A stretch of 64,000 bases of DNA. Source: Longimicrobiales bacterium (lineage in GTDB: Bacteria > Gemmatimonadota > Gemmatimonadetes > Longimicrobiales > Gaopeijiaceae). Of this stretch, positions 39,442 through 49,879 are shown in pieces; position 1 is the first letter of the stretch, and every line of letters starts with the position of its first letter. Made by a program: the position numbers and the translations under genes. The notes beneath the pieces were generated by a model, which worked only from the letters and a program-made list of their open reading frames with translations, was not told where the DNA came from and did no database searches. The stretch lies in contig CBDCKN010000009.1 of NCBI GenBank assembly GCA_965218295.1, positions 96,001 to 160,000 on the forward strand, given 5' to 3'.

Positions 39442-40809
39442 ATGAAAGCACCCGACCTGATCGTCTCCAGCTCCCGGGTGGTCACACCCGAGGGGGTCCG
39501 CTCGGGATCCGTCGTGGTTTCCGGCGGGGTCGTCGTGGCGGTCGAGCCCCCGGGCACGCCGGCCCGGGACGCGCCCCACCTGGACGCAGGCGACGCCATG
39601 GTCATGCCCGGCCTGGTGGACTCCCACGTTCACGTCAACGACCCGGGACGCGCCGACTGGGAAGGCTTCGAAACGGCTACCAAAGCGGCGGCGGCAGGCG
39701 GCATCACGACCCTGGTGGACATGCCGCTCAACAGCAGCCCGGTCACTACCACGCCAGCCGCGCTGGAGGCCAAGACGGCTGCCGCTGAGGGGCGCTGCTG
39801 GGTGGACTACGGGGTTTGGGGCGGCGTCGTGCCGACCAATCGGGACCAGCTCGCGCCGCTCCGGGACGCCGGCGTGCTGGGCTACAAGTGCTTCCTGGTG
39901 GACTCGGGCCTGGAGGAGTTCCCGCCGGTGTCGGTCAAGGAGCTGGCCCGGGTGCTCCCGGTCTTGAACGAGTTGGACGCCGTCCTCCTCGTCCACGCGG
40001 AGCTCCCGGAGCCCATCGCACGCGCCGCACCCGGCTGCGGGCTCGAGGCACAGCCCACCAGCTATGACGCGTTTCTGCGAAGCCGGCCGGTGGAGGCGGA
40101 GACACAGGCCGTTGCTGCCCTCGCCCGGCTCTCCACGGCGACGGGCGCGGCGGTGCACGTGGTCCACGTATCGGCGGCTGAGACGGCCGACGTACTCGCC
40201 GAGGTCCGCGGCCGCGGACTCCCGGTGACCGCCGAGACGTGTCCCCACTACCTCACCTTCGCGGCCGAGGAGGTGCCCGACGGGGCCACCGCCTTCAAGT
40301 GCGCACCTCCCATCCGGGAGGCCCGACACCGAGAAGCGTTGTGGCAAGCTCTGGACGACGGCGTCCTCGATCTGGTGGCCAGTGACCACTCCCCCTGCCC
40401 GGTGGCCCTGAAACGGTTGGATTCCGGCAACTTCGCCGAGGCGTGGGGTGGCATCTCGTCGCTGCAGCTGAGCCTGCCTGCCGTGTGGACGGAGGCGCGG
40501 TCCCGGGGTCATACTGTCTCCGACGTGATGTCGTGGATGTGCGAGGCGCCGGCCCGGTTGGCCGGGGTCGCCGATCGGAAGGGACGCATCGCGCCCGGCT
40601 ACGACGCCGACCTCGTCATCTGGGACCCCGAAGCGAGCTTCCGCGTCGACGTAAGGGAGCTGAAGCACAGGCACCCGATCACGCCGTACTCCGGGCGCAC
40701 GCTGTTCGGACGGGTCCTCACCACCGTCTTGCGAGGGAACGTGATCTACGACCAGAACCGGACGTTCGGGGAGCCAATGGGCCATTGGATAAGGGGGAGC
40801 CGCGCATGA
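39442..40809 (+). CDS. allB: Allantoinase
   Basis: PGLVDSHVHVNDPGRADWEGF, DMPLNS, HAE, ETCPHYL, KCAPPIR, SDHSP and AWGGISSLQ. Confidence 0.95.
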   Translation: MKAPDLIVSSSRVVTPEGVRSGSVVVSGGVVVAVEPPGTPARDAPHLDAGDAMVMPGLVDSHVHVNDPGRADWEGFETATKAAAAGGITTLVDMPLNSSPVTTTPAALEAKTAAAEGRCWVDYGVWGGVVPTNRDQLAPLRDAGVLGYKCFLVDSGLEEFPPVSVKELARVLPVLNELDAVLLVHAELPEPIARAAPGCGLEAQPTSYDAFLRSRPVEAETQAVAALARLSTATGAAVHVVHVSAAETADVLAEVRGRGLPVTAETCPHYLTFAAEEVPDGATAFKCAPPIREARHREALWQALDDGVLDLVASDHSPCPVALKRLDSGNFAEAWGGISSLQLSLPAVWTEARSRGHTVSDVMSWMCEAPARLAGVADRKGRIAPGYDADLVIWDPEASFRVDVRELKHRHPITPYSGRTLFGRVLTTVLRGNVIYDQNRTFGEPMGHWIRGSRA

Positions 40810-41783
40810 GCCTCGTGGACCTCGCCAGCGAGCGCTTCGGGGGTCGTGTGCTGGTCGCCAACGACGAGTTCTTCGCGGAGAAGGAGAACCTGCTCAAGCC
40901 CGACGCACCGGTGTTCATCGACGGCAAATACACGGACCGGGGCAAGTGGATGGACGGATGGGAGACCCGTCGACGCCGCGAGCCCGGCCACGACTGGTGC
41001 ATTGTTCGCCTGGGCCTTCCCGGAAGAATCCACGCCATCACCGTGGACACGAGCCACTTCCTGGCCAACTACCCGGAGGCGTGCTCCGTCGAAGCCTGTG
41101 CCGCCCCTGAGGACACCGACGCCAGCGCCCTCGCGGACTCCGACGTCTGGACGGAGATCCTGCCCCACACCCCGCTGGAGGGAAACGCCGAGAACCGGTT
41201 CGAGATCGGAGCGACCGAGCGGCTCACGCATCTCTGCCTCCGGATCTACCCCGACGGCGGCGTGGCCCGGCTCAGGGTGTGGGGTGAGGTGCTTCCCGAC
41301 TGGGAGCGGCTTTCGCAGACGCAGGAAGCCATTGACCTGGTGGCGATCCAGCACGGTGGGCGTCCCCTCGCGTGCAGCAACGAGTTCTACGGGAGCACCT
41401 TGAACCTGATTCGGCCCGATCGCTCGAAGACGATGGCCGACAGCTGGGAGACCGGTCGTCGGCGAGGCCCGGGCTACGACTGGGCGATCCTCCAGCTGGG
41501 GCGACCCGGCGTGGTGGAGTTGGTGGAGGTCGACACCGCATTCTTCAAGGGAAATTTCCCCGACAGCTGCAGTCTGGACGGGTGCGACACCGCGGACGAG
41601 GAGGCCGTTTCGCGAGGCGAGGTGAGCTGGTTCCCGTTGCTGCCTCAGGCCAAGCTCATGCCCGATCATCGCCATGTGTTCAACGAGGGACTGGCTCCCC
41701 ACTCCCGCGTGACGCACGTTCGCTTCAACATTCATCCCGACGGAGGCGTGAGCCGGCTGCGTCTGTTTGGCCGGTTGGTGTGA
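40806..41783 (+). CDS. alc: Allantoicase
   Basis: NDEFFA, WMDGWETRRRR, VDTSHF..N and two PDGGV.RLR repeats. Confidence 0.94.
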   Translation: MSLVDLASERFGGRVLVANDEFFAEKENLLKPDAPVFIDGKYTDRGKWMDGWETRRRREPGHDWCIVRLGLPGRIHAITVDTSHFLANYPEACSVEACAAPEDTDASALADSDVWTEILPHTPLEGNAENRFEIGATERLTHLCLRIYPDGGVARLRVWGEVLPDWERLSQTQEAIDLVAIQHGGRPLACSNEFYGSTLNLIRPDRSKTMADSWETGRRRGPGYDWAILQLGRPGVVELVEVDTAFFKGNFPDSCSLDGCDTADEEAVSRGEVSWFPLLPQAKLMPDHRHVFNEGLAPHSRVTHVRFNIHPDGGVSRLRLFGRLV

Positions 41784-41810
41784 GGGGCGCATGACTCCTG
41801 TGAGGGGCGA

Positions 41811-42332
41811 ATGAGCGGTGCGGCGGCGTACCTCCGGGCCCTGTCCGGCGACGAGGCCCGCGCCGCATTGCTGAGCTGCTGCGGATCGACCCGGTGGGTC
41901 GAGGAGATGCTGGCGGCCCGCCCCTACGCCGGGGACGACGGGTTGTTCGAGGCCGCGGAGGCGGCCTGGGGGGGACTGGACGAGGCGGACTGGCGCGAAG
42001 CGTTCGCCAGCCATCCCCGGATCGGTGATCGCGGGCAGGGGAGTGCGTGCTCGCCGGCCTCGACCCGGAGCGCAGCGTGGTCCAGGCAGGAGCAGACGGG
42101 AGCCTCGGACGCTGCGGAAGAGATCCTGCGCTCGCTGGCTCAGGGCAACCAGGAGTACGAGGACCGGTTCGGCCACATCTTCCTGATCTGTGCCACCGGA
42201 AGGAGCGCCTTGGAAATGCTCGAAGCCCTACGCCGGCGCTTGACCAACGATCCCGAGACCGAGCTGCAAGTCGCAGCGGGTGAGCAGGCCAAGATCACTC
42301 GGCTGCGCCTGGAGAAGCTGACGAAACCATGA
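41811..42332 (+). CDS. uraD: OHCU decarboxylase
   Basis: EAFASHPRIG, S..EQ, GN.EY..RFG.IFLICATG and EQAKITRLRL. Confidence 0.92.
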   Translation: MSGAAAYLRALSGDEARAALLSCCGSTRWVEEMLAARPYAGDDGLFEAAEAAWGGLDEADWREAFASHPRIGDRGQGSACSPASTRSAAWSRQEQTGASDAAEEILRSLAQGNQEYEDRFGHIFLICATGRSALEMLEALRRRLTNDPETELQVAAGEQAKITRLRLEKLTKP

Positions 42333-42661
42333 GCCTTTCGACCCACATCCTGGACCTGTCCCTCGGACGCCCGGCCGCCGGCGTGGAGCTCGCGCTGACG
42401 CGCCAGTCCGACGGAGACGGATGGACACCCCTGGACACGGCGCGCACAGATGAGAACGGTCGGGTGGAGAGCTTCGGCCCCGTCACCGAGCCCGGCACCT
42501 ATCGGATTCGTTTCCAGCTGGCCGCCTACTTCGCTGGCAGGAAGCAGTCCTGCTTCTATCCGTTCGCCGACGTGGTCTTCACCATTGACGATCCGGGTCA
42601 GCACTATCACGTGCCGTTGCTGGTGAGCCCCTACGGGTACTCCACCTACCGCGGGAGCTGA
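42329..42661 (+). CDS. uraH: 5-hydroxyisourate hydrolase (transthyretin-like)
   Basis: LSTHILD...GRPA, TD.NGR, HYHVPLL.SP.GYSTYRGS. Confidence 0.95.
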   Translation: MSLSTHILDLSLGRPAAGVELALTRQSDGDGWTPLDTARTDENGRVESFGPVTEPGTYRIRFQLAAYFAGRKQSCFYPFADVVFTIDDPGQHYHVPLLVSPYGYSTYRGS

Positions 42662-42662
42662 C

Positions 42663-42720
42663 GCCGACCCACCGGGAGCGGGGCCGTTAGCCGACCCGCC
42701 GGGAGCGGGCTTAGCCGCTC
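42663..42720. repeat. Short imperfect tandem repeat (GCCGACCC.CCGGGAGCGGG x2) between convergent genes
   Basis: Read directly between the uraH stop and the stop of the 42711 ORF. Confidence 0.6.
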
Positions 42721-44012
42721 CGCCCCTCCAGGATCCGTGCGAACGACCGCGTGGCGAGCTCTTCCATGGTGAGCCCGGTAGCCAACGCCTCCGCTTCGGT
42801 GATCGCGCCGCAGCCGACCCCACGGAGGAAGAAGTTCAGCAAACCCTGCCCCGTAGCCGCGTCGTCGAACACACCGCCGGCAAGCGTTGCCCGAGCCACC
42901 GCATCAATGAAGTTGCGGAGTCGGGACACCGCCGCGTCGAGACCTTCCAGGAAGAACGCGTACAGCGCGGCGTAGCGCGTGATGAGATGGGCCGGGTGCA
43001 GGTCCCATCCCTGGTAGTATCCGTTCGCGAGAGAGTGGCGCACATCGTCGTAGTGGAGGCGCATGGCCTCCTCGACGCCGGGCTCCACGGGCACGACGTT
43101 CGTGGCCCCGTCCGAGAGCCAGACTCCGGTCCCGCGGAGCGCGATCTTCATCATGTGACGTGCCACGTCGCAGGCCGGGTGCCGCATGGTCTGCTGATCC
43201 GGGGTGAGGCCGTACGCGGCGGTGTAGTCGTAGACGCCGAAGTGGGCGCCGACGCAGCGGCCCCGCCCTGCGGCCACGAGGAGCGGCAGGTTGGACCGGC
43301 CCTCCGCATCGAGGATGGACTGGGTCGTCTCGATCATCAGCTCGAGGCCCACCGCACTGGGTGCCAGACCCAAACGGTCCTCGATCATCTCCAATGCCGT
43401 CGCCAGGGAGGCGACCTGCTCCGGTACGACGACCTTGGGGAGCGTAACGAAGAAATTGGGCGGGAGCGACGCGCCGTTCTCCGACAGGAGCGTGGTCAGA
43501 ACCAGGTCCAACGTCCTGAGGCCCCGCAGGTGGAGCTCTCCGCTCAACGGCTTGATCCGGATCCCGATGAACGGCGGAAGCGATTCCTCCGCCAGGCCGC
43601 TGGCCAGCTCTTCTCCTACCCGAACCGCTTCGGCGTCTTCCTCCGCGTCGGGCCGGGGACCGTAGCCGTCCTCGAAATCGATGCGGAAGTCCTCCACGGC
43701 CTCGTGCACCAGCTTCTCCCGCACCCGGCGGTGAACCGTGTCGGCCAGATTCGTCTCCTCGGGCCCCTGGATCCCCAGGGTAGCGGTCAGCCGCTCCGGC
43801 GTGGCCATGTGCTGGTCCATGAAGCGGACGGCCAAGTCACCCAACTTTGTGGCCGTGTCTCGCTTGAAGAGGTGGGCACCGCCGTACATAGTGTGCACGG
43901 GCTGCCGGCCGCCGGAGTCACCTGGGTAGGCGGCCTCGAAGTCCTCGTTGGCCTGACGGAGGGTCGCGCTCAGGCGGTCCAGATCGTCGGGTCCGAGGGT
44001 CGTTCTCATCAT
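42711..44012 (-). CDS. HpcH/HpaI aldolase/citrate lyase-fold protein (DUF6986-like)
   Basis: RQPVHT.YGGAH, EDFRIDFEDGYG.R, TLPKV, ELMIET, HFG.YDY, SDGATN and QGWDLHP. Confidence 0.75.
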   Translation of the reverse strand: MMRTTLGPDDLDRLSATLRQANEDFEAAYPGDSGGRQPVHTMYGGAHLFKRDTATKLGDLAVRFMDQHMATPERLTATLGIQGPEETNLADTVHRRVREKLVHEAVEDFRIDFEDGYGPRPDAEEDAEAVRVGEELASGLAEESLPPFIGIRIKPLSGELHLRGLRTLDLVLTTLLSENGASLPPNFFVTLPKVVVPEQVASLATALEMIEDRLGLAPSAVGLELMIETTQSILDAEGRSNLPLLVAAGRGRCVGAHFGVYDYTAAYGLTPDQQTMRHPACDVARHMMKIALRGTGVWLSDGATNVVPVEPGVEEAMRLHYDDVRHSLANGYYQGWDLHPAHLITRYAALYAFFLEGLDAAVSRLRNFIDAVARATLAGGVFDDAATGQGLLNFFLRGVGCGAITEAEALATGLTMEELATRSFARILEGRSG

Positions 44013-44848
44013 TGGATTCCTCCGGATGGCGTGGCCCCCTGGAGCGCGTGGTACAGCACCCGGGCCATCACTTCCGTGCGGTAGCGGGTCGTCGACCGCA
44101 CGTCATCGATGGGTGAGACGTCCTGTTGGACGGCCGCCACCAGATCGACCAGTGACGCTAGGGGTGCACCGGTCTCCAGCAGCCTCTCCAACGACGGACA
44201 GCGACACACGTAGGGGGCCATGCTGGCAGCCACCACGCGCCATCCCGCGTCCGAGTGGGTGACAGCCAACCCCACCTTGGCGATGGCCTGCTGTCTTCTC
44301 GACCCCACCTTCTCGAATCGTTGGAACGTATAAGCGCGGCGCGGCAACCGGATCTCCGTGACCAGCTGGTCCGGGCGACGGCGGGTCTCCTTATAGCCGG
44401 TGTAGAAAGCGTCGAGCGGTACCTCCTCGCGGCCATCGTGCGACTGCAGGACCACCACCGCGTCGTACGCCATGAGAACGGGCACCCCGTCGGCCGCCGG
44501 CGAGGCGTTGACGACGTTGCCCGCCCACGTGCCCCTCGACTGAATCTGGATCGCGCCCACGAGGCGGGCCGCCTCCATCAGAAGTGGGAGCTCCGCGACG
44601 GCGCGGGGGTCCGTGATCACGTCCCAGAACGTCGTGAGTCCCCCCAGCACGAGCGCGTCCTCCGTCCAGCGGAGTCGCCTCAGCTCCTGGAGCGCCGAGA
44701 GGTCGACGTAGGTGCGGGTGTCGCCCGCGAGGTGCTGGGGCCAGTGGACCAGCAGGTCGGTTCCTCCGGCAATCGGTGTGCGGCCCGGGTCGCCGTCGGC
44801 CAGCATCTCCATGGCCTCATCGAGGCATTCGGGCAACAGCAGCTTCAT
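44009..44848 (-). CDS. Xanthine dehydrogenase-family FAD-binding subunit
   Basis: IAGGTDL, G..QI..RGT..GN..NASPAAD and SPIDDVRST..YR. Confidence 0.9.
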   Translation of the reverse strand: MKLLLPECLDEAMEMLADGDPGRTPIAGGTDLLVHWPQHLAGDTRTYVDLSALQELRRLRWTEDALVLGGLTTFWDVITDPRAVAELPLLMEAARLVGAIQIQSRGTWAGNVVNASPAADGVPVLMAYDAVVVLQSHDGREEVPLDAFYTGYKETRRRPDQLVTEIRLPRRAYTFQRFEKVGSRRQQAIAKVGLAVTHSDAGWRVVAASMAPYVCRCPSLERLLETGAPLASLVDLVAAVQQDVSPIDDVRSTTRYRTEVMARVLYHALQGATPSGGIQ

Positions 44849-45324
44849 GCGCCCGCCTCCGGGTTCAGCGCCGACTGCAGGCTGTCTACGATCCCGTCGT
44901 ACCCGGTGCACCGGCACAGGTTGCCTGCCATGAGCTCCCGGACCGGGTGGCTCCCCAGGAGCCCGGGATTCTTGCACACCCACGACGCCGTCATGACCAC
45001 CCCGGGGGTGCACGCGCCGCACTGGGTCGCACCACCCTCCAGGAACGGTCCGAGCGACGCCTCGTCCAACGACTCGACGGTGTCCACGGCTCGGCCCCGG
45101 ACCTGGTAGGTGGGGACGAGGCACGCGTCGACAGGGAGGCCGTCCAGGAGAACCGTGCACGCGCCGCATTCGCCCTCTCCGCACCCCTCCTTCGTGCCGG
45201 TGAGACCGAGGCGATAGCGAAGCGTGTCCAGCAGGCGTTCGGTGACGGCCGCCTCCACGGTGGTGGACGCCCCGTTCAGGGTGAACGAGATCCGAATCGT
45301 GGGCGTGGCTGGCTCGGCGATCAT
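44845..45324 (-). CDS. Xanthine dehydrogenase-family [2Fe-2S] subunit
   Basis: GTKEGCGEGECGACTV, QCGACTPG and GNLCRCTGY. Confidence 0.92.
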   Translation of the reverse strand: MIAEPATPTIRISFTLNGASTTVEAAVTERLLDTLRYRLGLTGTKEGCGEGECGACTVLLDGLPVDACLVPTYQVRGRAVDTVESLDEASLGPFLEGGATQCGACTPGVVMTASWVCKNPGLLGSHPVRELMAGNLCRCTGYDGIVDSLQSALNPEAGA

Positions 45325-47528
45325 GGGCGCTCTCCGGCGGGATCCCCGTCCATCAGTGCCATGAGGCGCTCCGGCGTCAGGGGGATGACGGTGGGATCGG
45401 CGCCCGTGGCGGCAGCGACGGCGTTCGCGATGGCGGGGGCCGGCCCGTCCATGGGCAGCTCGCCGATCCCTTTCGCCCCCTGTGCGCCGTATTCGTACGG
45501 ATTCTCGAGGAAGTCGACGCGAATCGGTGGAACGTCGTCGCTGGTGGGGATGGTGTAGTCGGTGAGCTGGTTGTTCACCATGGCCCCGCCACGGAACGCG
45601 CAGTCCTCCATGAGCGCCCAGCCGAGGGCCTGCACCACCCCACCCTGGATCTGTCCCCTGGCCAAGGTCTCGTTGAGCACGGTGCCGACCTCCTGCACCG
45701 CCACGAAGTCCGTGATCCGCGTGCCGAAGGTACGGAGATCCACTTCGACCTCCGCGACGTAGGCAGCCCACGCGAACGTGCCGTAGGCGTCTCCCCGGTA
45801 CGTATCCTCGTCCCATTCGATGCCGGGCGGCTTCCGGTACCGTGCGCTCCCGACCACTGTCTGCCCCGGGTGCTTCGGATGCCAGGCCGCGATGGCGTTC
45901 TTCAAGCTCACGCCCCGCGTGTCCTCGGGCGCCCCGACCTGTTGTCTCAGGTCGTCACACGCCCGCTCCACCAGGTGCCCCACGATCATGGCCGTTCGGG
46001 ACGCCACCGTGGGCCCGCTGTTCGGGACCCGGGCCGTGTCGGGCTCGGCCACATGCACGTCCTCCTGGCCGAGACCCAGACGGTCACAGGCGAGCTGCGT
46101 GAACACGGTCAGCGTGCCCTGGCCCATCTCGACGCTGGCGGTGCAGATCTCGATGGCGCCGTCCGGTCGACCCGCCACATGGACCTCGGAGGTCAACCTT
46201 ACCTCACCCCCACCGGTGAACCCCGCGCCGTGGTAGAACGTGGCCAGCCCAACGCCTCGCCGCAGGTACGGATGCTCCTGGTTGAAGCGCGCATGACGCG
46301 CGGCCCTGGCCCGAAAGCCCGACATCTCGAGCGCCCGGTTCAGCACGGCATCGCGGTCCGTTCCGTTGTCGATCACCTGCCCGGTGGACGTGGACTGGCC
46401 GTCCTGAATCAGGTTCGTCCGGCGCAACTCTACAGAGTCCATCCCGAGCTCGTCAGCCACCCGGTCCATGTGGCGCTCCAGGGCAAACAGGGTCTGGGGA
46501 GCACCGAAGCCCCTGAATGCGCCGAACGGAACGGAGTTGGTCAGCATCGCCCGGCCGTCGATGCGAACGTCATCGCAGGCGTACGGCCCGCCGGCGTGGA
46601 TGATCGCCCGGCTCAACACGACCGGGGAGAGGGTCACGTACGCTCCGCCGTCCAGGAGCACGGAAATGTCCTGGGCCAGGAGCCGACCGTCCCGGGCGAC
46701 ACCGGTCCGAATGTGGACCTGTGACGGGTGGCGCTTGGTGCTGGCCGCCATGTCCTCGCCCCGCTCATAGACCAGCTTCACCGGCCGCCCGGCTTTCATG
46801 GCCAGGAGCGCGGCGTGGATCGCCACGTTGGACGGGAACTCCTCCTTGCCGCCGAAGCCTCCGCCCGTGGCCGCTTGGATCACACGAACGCCGTCGGGGG
46901 GGCAGCCCAGCGCGTGCGCCAGCGCCTTCACCACGTAGAAGGGGCACTGCAGAGAGCCCTTGACCGTGACGATCCCGTCTTCCACCCACGCCAGCATGCC
47001 CTGGGGCTCCAGGTAGACGTGCTCCTGCGCCCCGGTCTCGTAGACGCCCTCTACCACCAACGGCGCCCGAACCAGCGCCGCCTCGACGTCTCCCTTGACG
47101 ATGGTGAGATGGGACAGGACGTTGTCGCCGCCGTACTGGACGCCGTCGTCGGAAGGGGTCGCCCTGAAATCGAAGATACCCGGCTCGGGGTCCACGACGA
47201 CCTCGACGGAGGCGGCGGCCCGCCGCACCAGATCCCGGGACGGATGGGCGAGAAGGAGGACCGGCTCGTGGACGTGCATGACCCGGTCCCTCACGAGTAC
47301 CGGCTGGTCGCCCTGGATCAGCAGCACCTCGTTGGCACCCGGGATGTCACGGTGATCGACCACGACCAAGTCGGTCCAGTCGACGTCTGACCCGAACCGA
47401 ATCTCGCGGATCCTCCCTCGCGCTACCGGACTTCGGACGGTGGCGCCCCACAGCGCGTCCGGCGCCGGGATGTCGTCCACGTACAGCTCGGACCCCGAGA
47501 GCTTGTCCAACCCCTCGCGCCGTCTCAC
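45321..47528 (-). CDS. Xanthine dehydrogenase molybdopterin-binding subunit
   Basis: QEHVYLE, GGGFGGKE, AFRGFG.PQ, EMGQG, GPTVASR, GQIQGG and KGIGE (XDH-type Glu/Arg residues present). Confidence 0.9.
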   Translation of the reverse strand: MRRREGLDKLSGSELYVDDIPAPDALWGATVRSPVARGRIREIRFGSDVDWTDLVVVDHRDIPGANEVLLIQGDQPVLVRDRVMHVHEPVLLLAHPSRDLVRRAAASVEVVVDPEPGIFDFRATPSDDGVQYGGDNVLSHLTIVKGDVEAALVRAPLVVEGVYETGAQEHVYLEPQGMLAWVEDGIVTVKGSLQCPFYVVKALAHALGCPPDGVRVIQAATGGGFGGKEEFPSNVAIHAALLAMKAGRPVKLVYERGEDMAASTKRHPSQVHIRTGVARDGRLLAQDISVLLDGGAYVTLSPVVLSRAIIHAGGPYACDDVRIDGRAMLTNSVPFGAFRGFGAPQTLFALERHMDRVADELGMDSVELRRTNLIQDGQSTSTGQVIDNGTDRDAVLNRALEMSGFRARAARHARFNQEHPYLRRGVGLATFYHGAGFTGGGEVRLTSEVHVAGRPDGAIEICTASVEMGQGTLTVFTQLACDRLGLGQEDVHVAEPDTARVPNSGPTVASRTAMIVGHLVERACDDLRQQVGAPEDTRGVSLKNAIAAWHPKHPGQTVVGSARYRKPPGIEWDEDTYRGDAYGTFAWAAYVAEVEVDLRTFGTRITDFVAVQEVGTVLNETLARGQIQGGVVQALGWALMEDCAFRGGAMVNNQLTDYTIPTSDDVPPIRVDFLENPYEYGAQGAKGIGELPMDGPAPAIANAVAAATGADPTVIPLTPERLMALMDGDPAGERP

Positions 47529-47716
47529 GTCCTAGCGCCTGCCACGCAGTGCATGCTGGCTCGAAGCCTCATCGGCTCTCCTCTCCTTGTACGCCACACG
47601 TGTCGGATACTCGGGAATCGGGCGGGCGGCGGCAACGGCCGGGGGAACGCCCTTTCGCTCACGGCACCCAGGGTAGACAATCACACCCACCCATCTCAAA
47701 CCAGGGGGACGCCGAA

Positions 47717-48908
47717 GTGGGCTCGCTGGCCGTCGCGTGGCTCGAACTGACCGTACGGTGGATCCATGTGATTGCCGGCGTCGCGTGGATCGGTACTTCG
47801 TTCTACTTCAACTGGCTGAACGACCGGCTGACCACACCCACGGACGCACCGGAGGGGGTGACGGGGGAGCTGTGGTCGGTCCACGGGGGTGGGTTCTACC
47901 GGGTAATGAAGTTCGGCGTGGCGCCGGCCCGGATGCCGGAGGAGCTCCACTGGTTCAAGTGGGAGGCGTATCTGACGGCGCTGAGCGGCCTCGCACTGCT
48001 GGTGCTCGTCTACTACCTCGGCGCCGACGTCTACATGGTGGTCCCCGGGGGGCTCTCTCCTGGCGCGGCCGTCGGGGTGGGCGTGGCCACGCTGATCGGC
48101 GGCTGGCTCGTGTACGACGCGCTGTGCCGTTCTCCCCTGGGTCGGCGAACCCCCGCTCTCGCCGCGGTCGGGTTTCTGCTCGCCACGCTGATTGCCTGGG
48201 GACTCGTCCAGTTCATCGGAAGCAGGGCCGCCTACATCCACATCGGCGCCATGCTGGGCACCATCATGGCCCTCAACGTGTTCCGGGTGATCATTCCTGC
48301 CCAGCGGGAGATGGTGGCCGACCTCGTGGCGGGCCGTGAGCCGGACGGCGCCGTCGGCGAGCATGCCGCCCTACGGTCGCTCCACAACAACTACATGACG
48401 CTGCCGGTGCTGTTCATCATGGTGAGCATCCACTACGCCATGACGTACGGCCACCGGTACAACTGGGCGATCCTGGCCGCTTTGGCGCTGATCGGGGCGG
48501 GCACGCGGCACTACTTCAACCTCAGGAACCGGGGTCGGCACAACGGCCTGGATCCTCCCGGGAGCCGCGTTGGCCATGGTGGCGCTCGCCTTCGTGTCCT
48601 CCGGACTTTCGCGACCCCGGCTGGCCGACCGCGAGGGTGGGGAGATCGTTTCCTTCGAGGCCGCCCGCGCCGTGATCGTCGGGCGCTGTGCCGCCTGCCA
48701 CTCGGAGCAACCCTCGCACGCACTCTTCGATGCGCCACCAGCGGGGGTGATGTTCGATACGCCCGAGCTCATCCGGGCCTATGCGGATCGGATCTACGCC
48801 ACCGTGGTGGAGTCGACGGTCATGCCGCTCGGCAACTTCACCGAGATGACCGACGAGGAACGGGCATTGATCGCGGCCTGGATCCGTCAGGGTGCGGAGA
48901 TCGAATAG
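47717..48908 (+). pseudogene. puuD: Urate hydroxylase PuuD (membrane domain plus cytochrome c), frameshifted at ~48545
   Basis: RW.HV.AG..WIG.SFYF, W.VHGGGFY, HWFKWEAY and RS.HNNY.TLPV; removing one G gives NAWILPGAALAM... leading to the CAACH heme domain. Confidence 0.85.
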
Positions 48909-48929
48909 GCCGGGGTCTTAACGGGATAC

Positions 48930-48950
48930 TTTTCCCGGTGCTGGGGAAAA
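48930..48950. promoter_or_regulatory. Perfect palindrome TTTTCCC-N7-GGGAAAA (candidate activator site)
   Basis: About 60 bp upstream of a sigma-54 motif. Confidence 0.5.
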
Positions 48951-49009
48951 ATTTGCTCGAGAATAGGGCGATTCCAGGGCAAAAGGCCGTAGGGCTCGAG
49001 TTTTCCACA

Positions 49010-49025
49010 TGGCACGGATCTCGCA
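49010..49025 (+). promoter_or_regulatory. Sigma-54 promoter candidate for the pilin-like gene
   Basis: TGGCACGGATCTCGCA = GG-N10-GC. Confidence 0.65.
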
Positions 49026-49135
49026 AATAGTCCGCCGAGCCCCCCATCGGCTTTGCGAACGAACGGATATGAGTGTCGATCTCGGTTAAGGAGTTCAACT
49101 CGACATCCGATCGGTCCAAAAAAGGTAGGACGAAG

Positions 49136-49879
49136 ATGACACAAGAAGAGCAGCGCGGCTTTACGCTTCCCGTGGCGATGTTCGCCCTTGGGGTTGCGGG
49201 CATCATCATGACCGGCGGGGTCTTCATTGCGCGCCAGGAGGGGCGCATCGGCGTGGCGGGCGAGCAGGCCGGTCTGGCATTCTATTTGGCCGAGCAGGGC
49301 CTGGTGGACCTCATGGCCAACTGGAACTCGGCTCTCTTCGGAGCGCTGCCCGACTGGGGTGACACCACCGTTACGCGAGACTACCCGGGTGTGGGGCGTG
49401 TCACCGCCCGTGTCACCAGAATGACCGACAACCTGTACTTCGTGGACGCCGACGGCACGGTCACCAGGGGTGGCGCTATGCTCTCAGGGGCCTCGCGGCG
49501 CGTGGGCGTCACGGTGCGCCTGGTCACGGCCGACATCGAGCCGCCCGCGGCGCTCACCACACGGGGACCGACGACGCTCAAAGGCACGGCCGAGGTGCAC
49601 GGCGAGGACGAGGTTCCCGGCGGTTGGGGAGGCGTCTGCCCGGGCACACTGGAAAACAAGCCGGGGATCCTCACGGACAACGCGAGCCAGGTCGGTACCC
49701 AGGGTGGCGCGGTCATCACGGGAGATCCGGCAGTGGACGAAGATACCTCCATCAACGACGAGACCTTCACGCAATTTGGCGACCTGACGTGGGATGACCT
49801 CATCGCCATGGCGGACATCAGCCTCGCTGAGAGCACCAAAGGCCTGAATCACGGCAAGGAATCGTATAAGTTCAACTAG
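49136..49879 (+). pseudogene. PilX-like minor pilin/pseudopilin, probably truncated
   Basis: Class III signal RG|FTLPVAM lacking Glu5, hydrophobic helix, AFYLAEQGL; ends abruptly in AT-richer sequence at the island edge. Confidence 0.65.
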
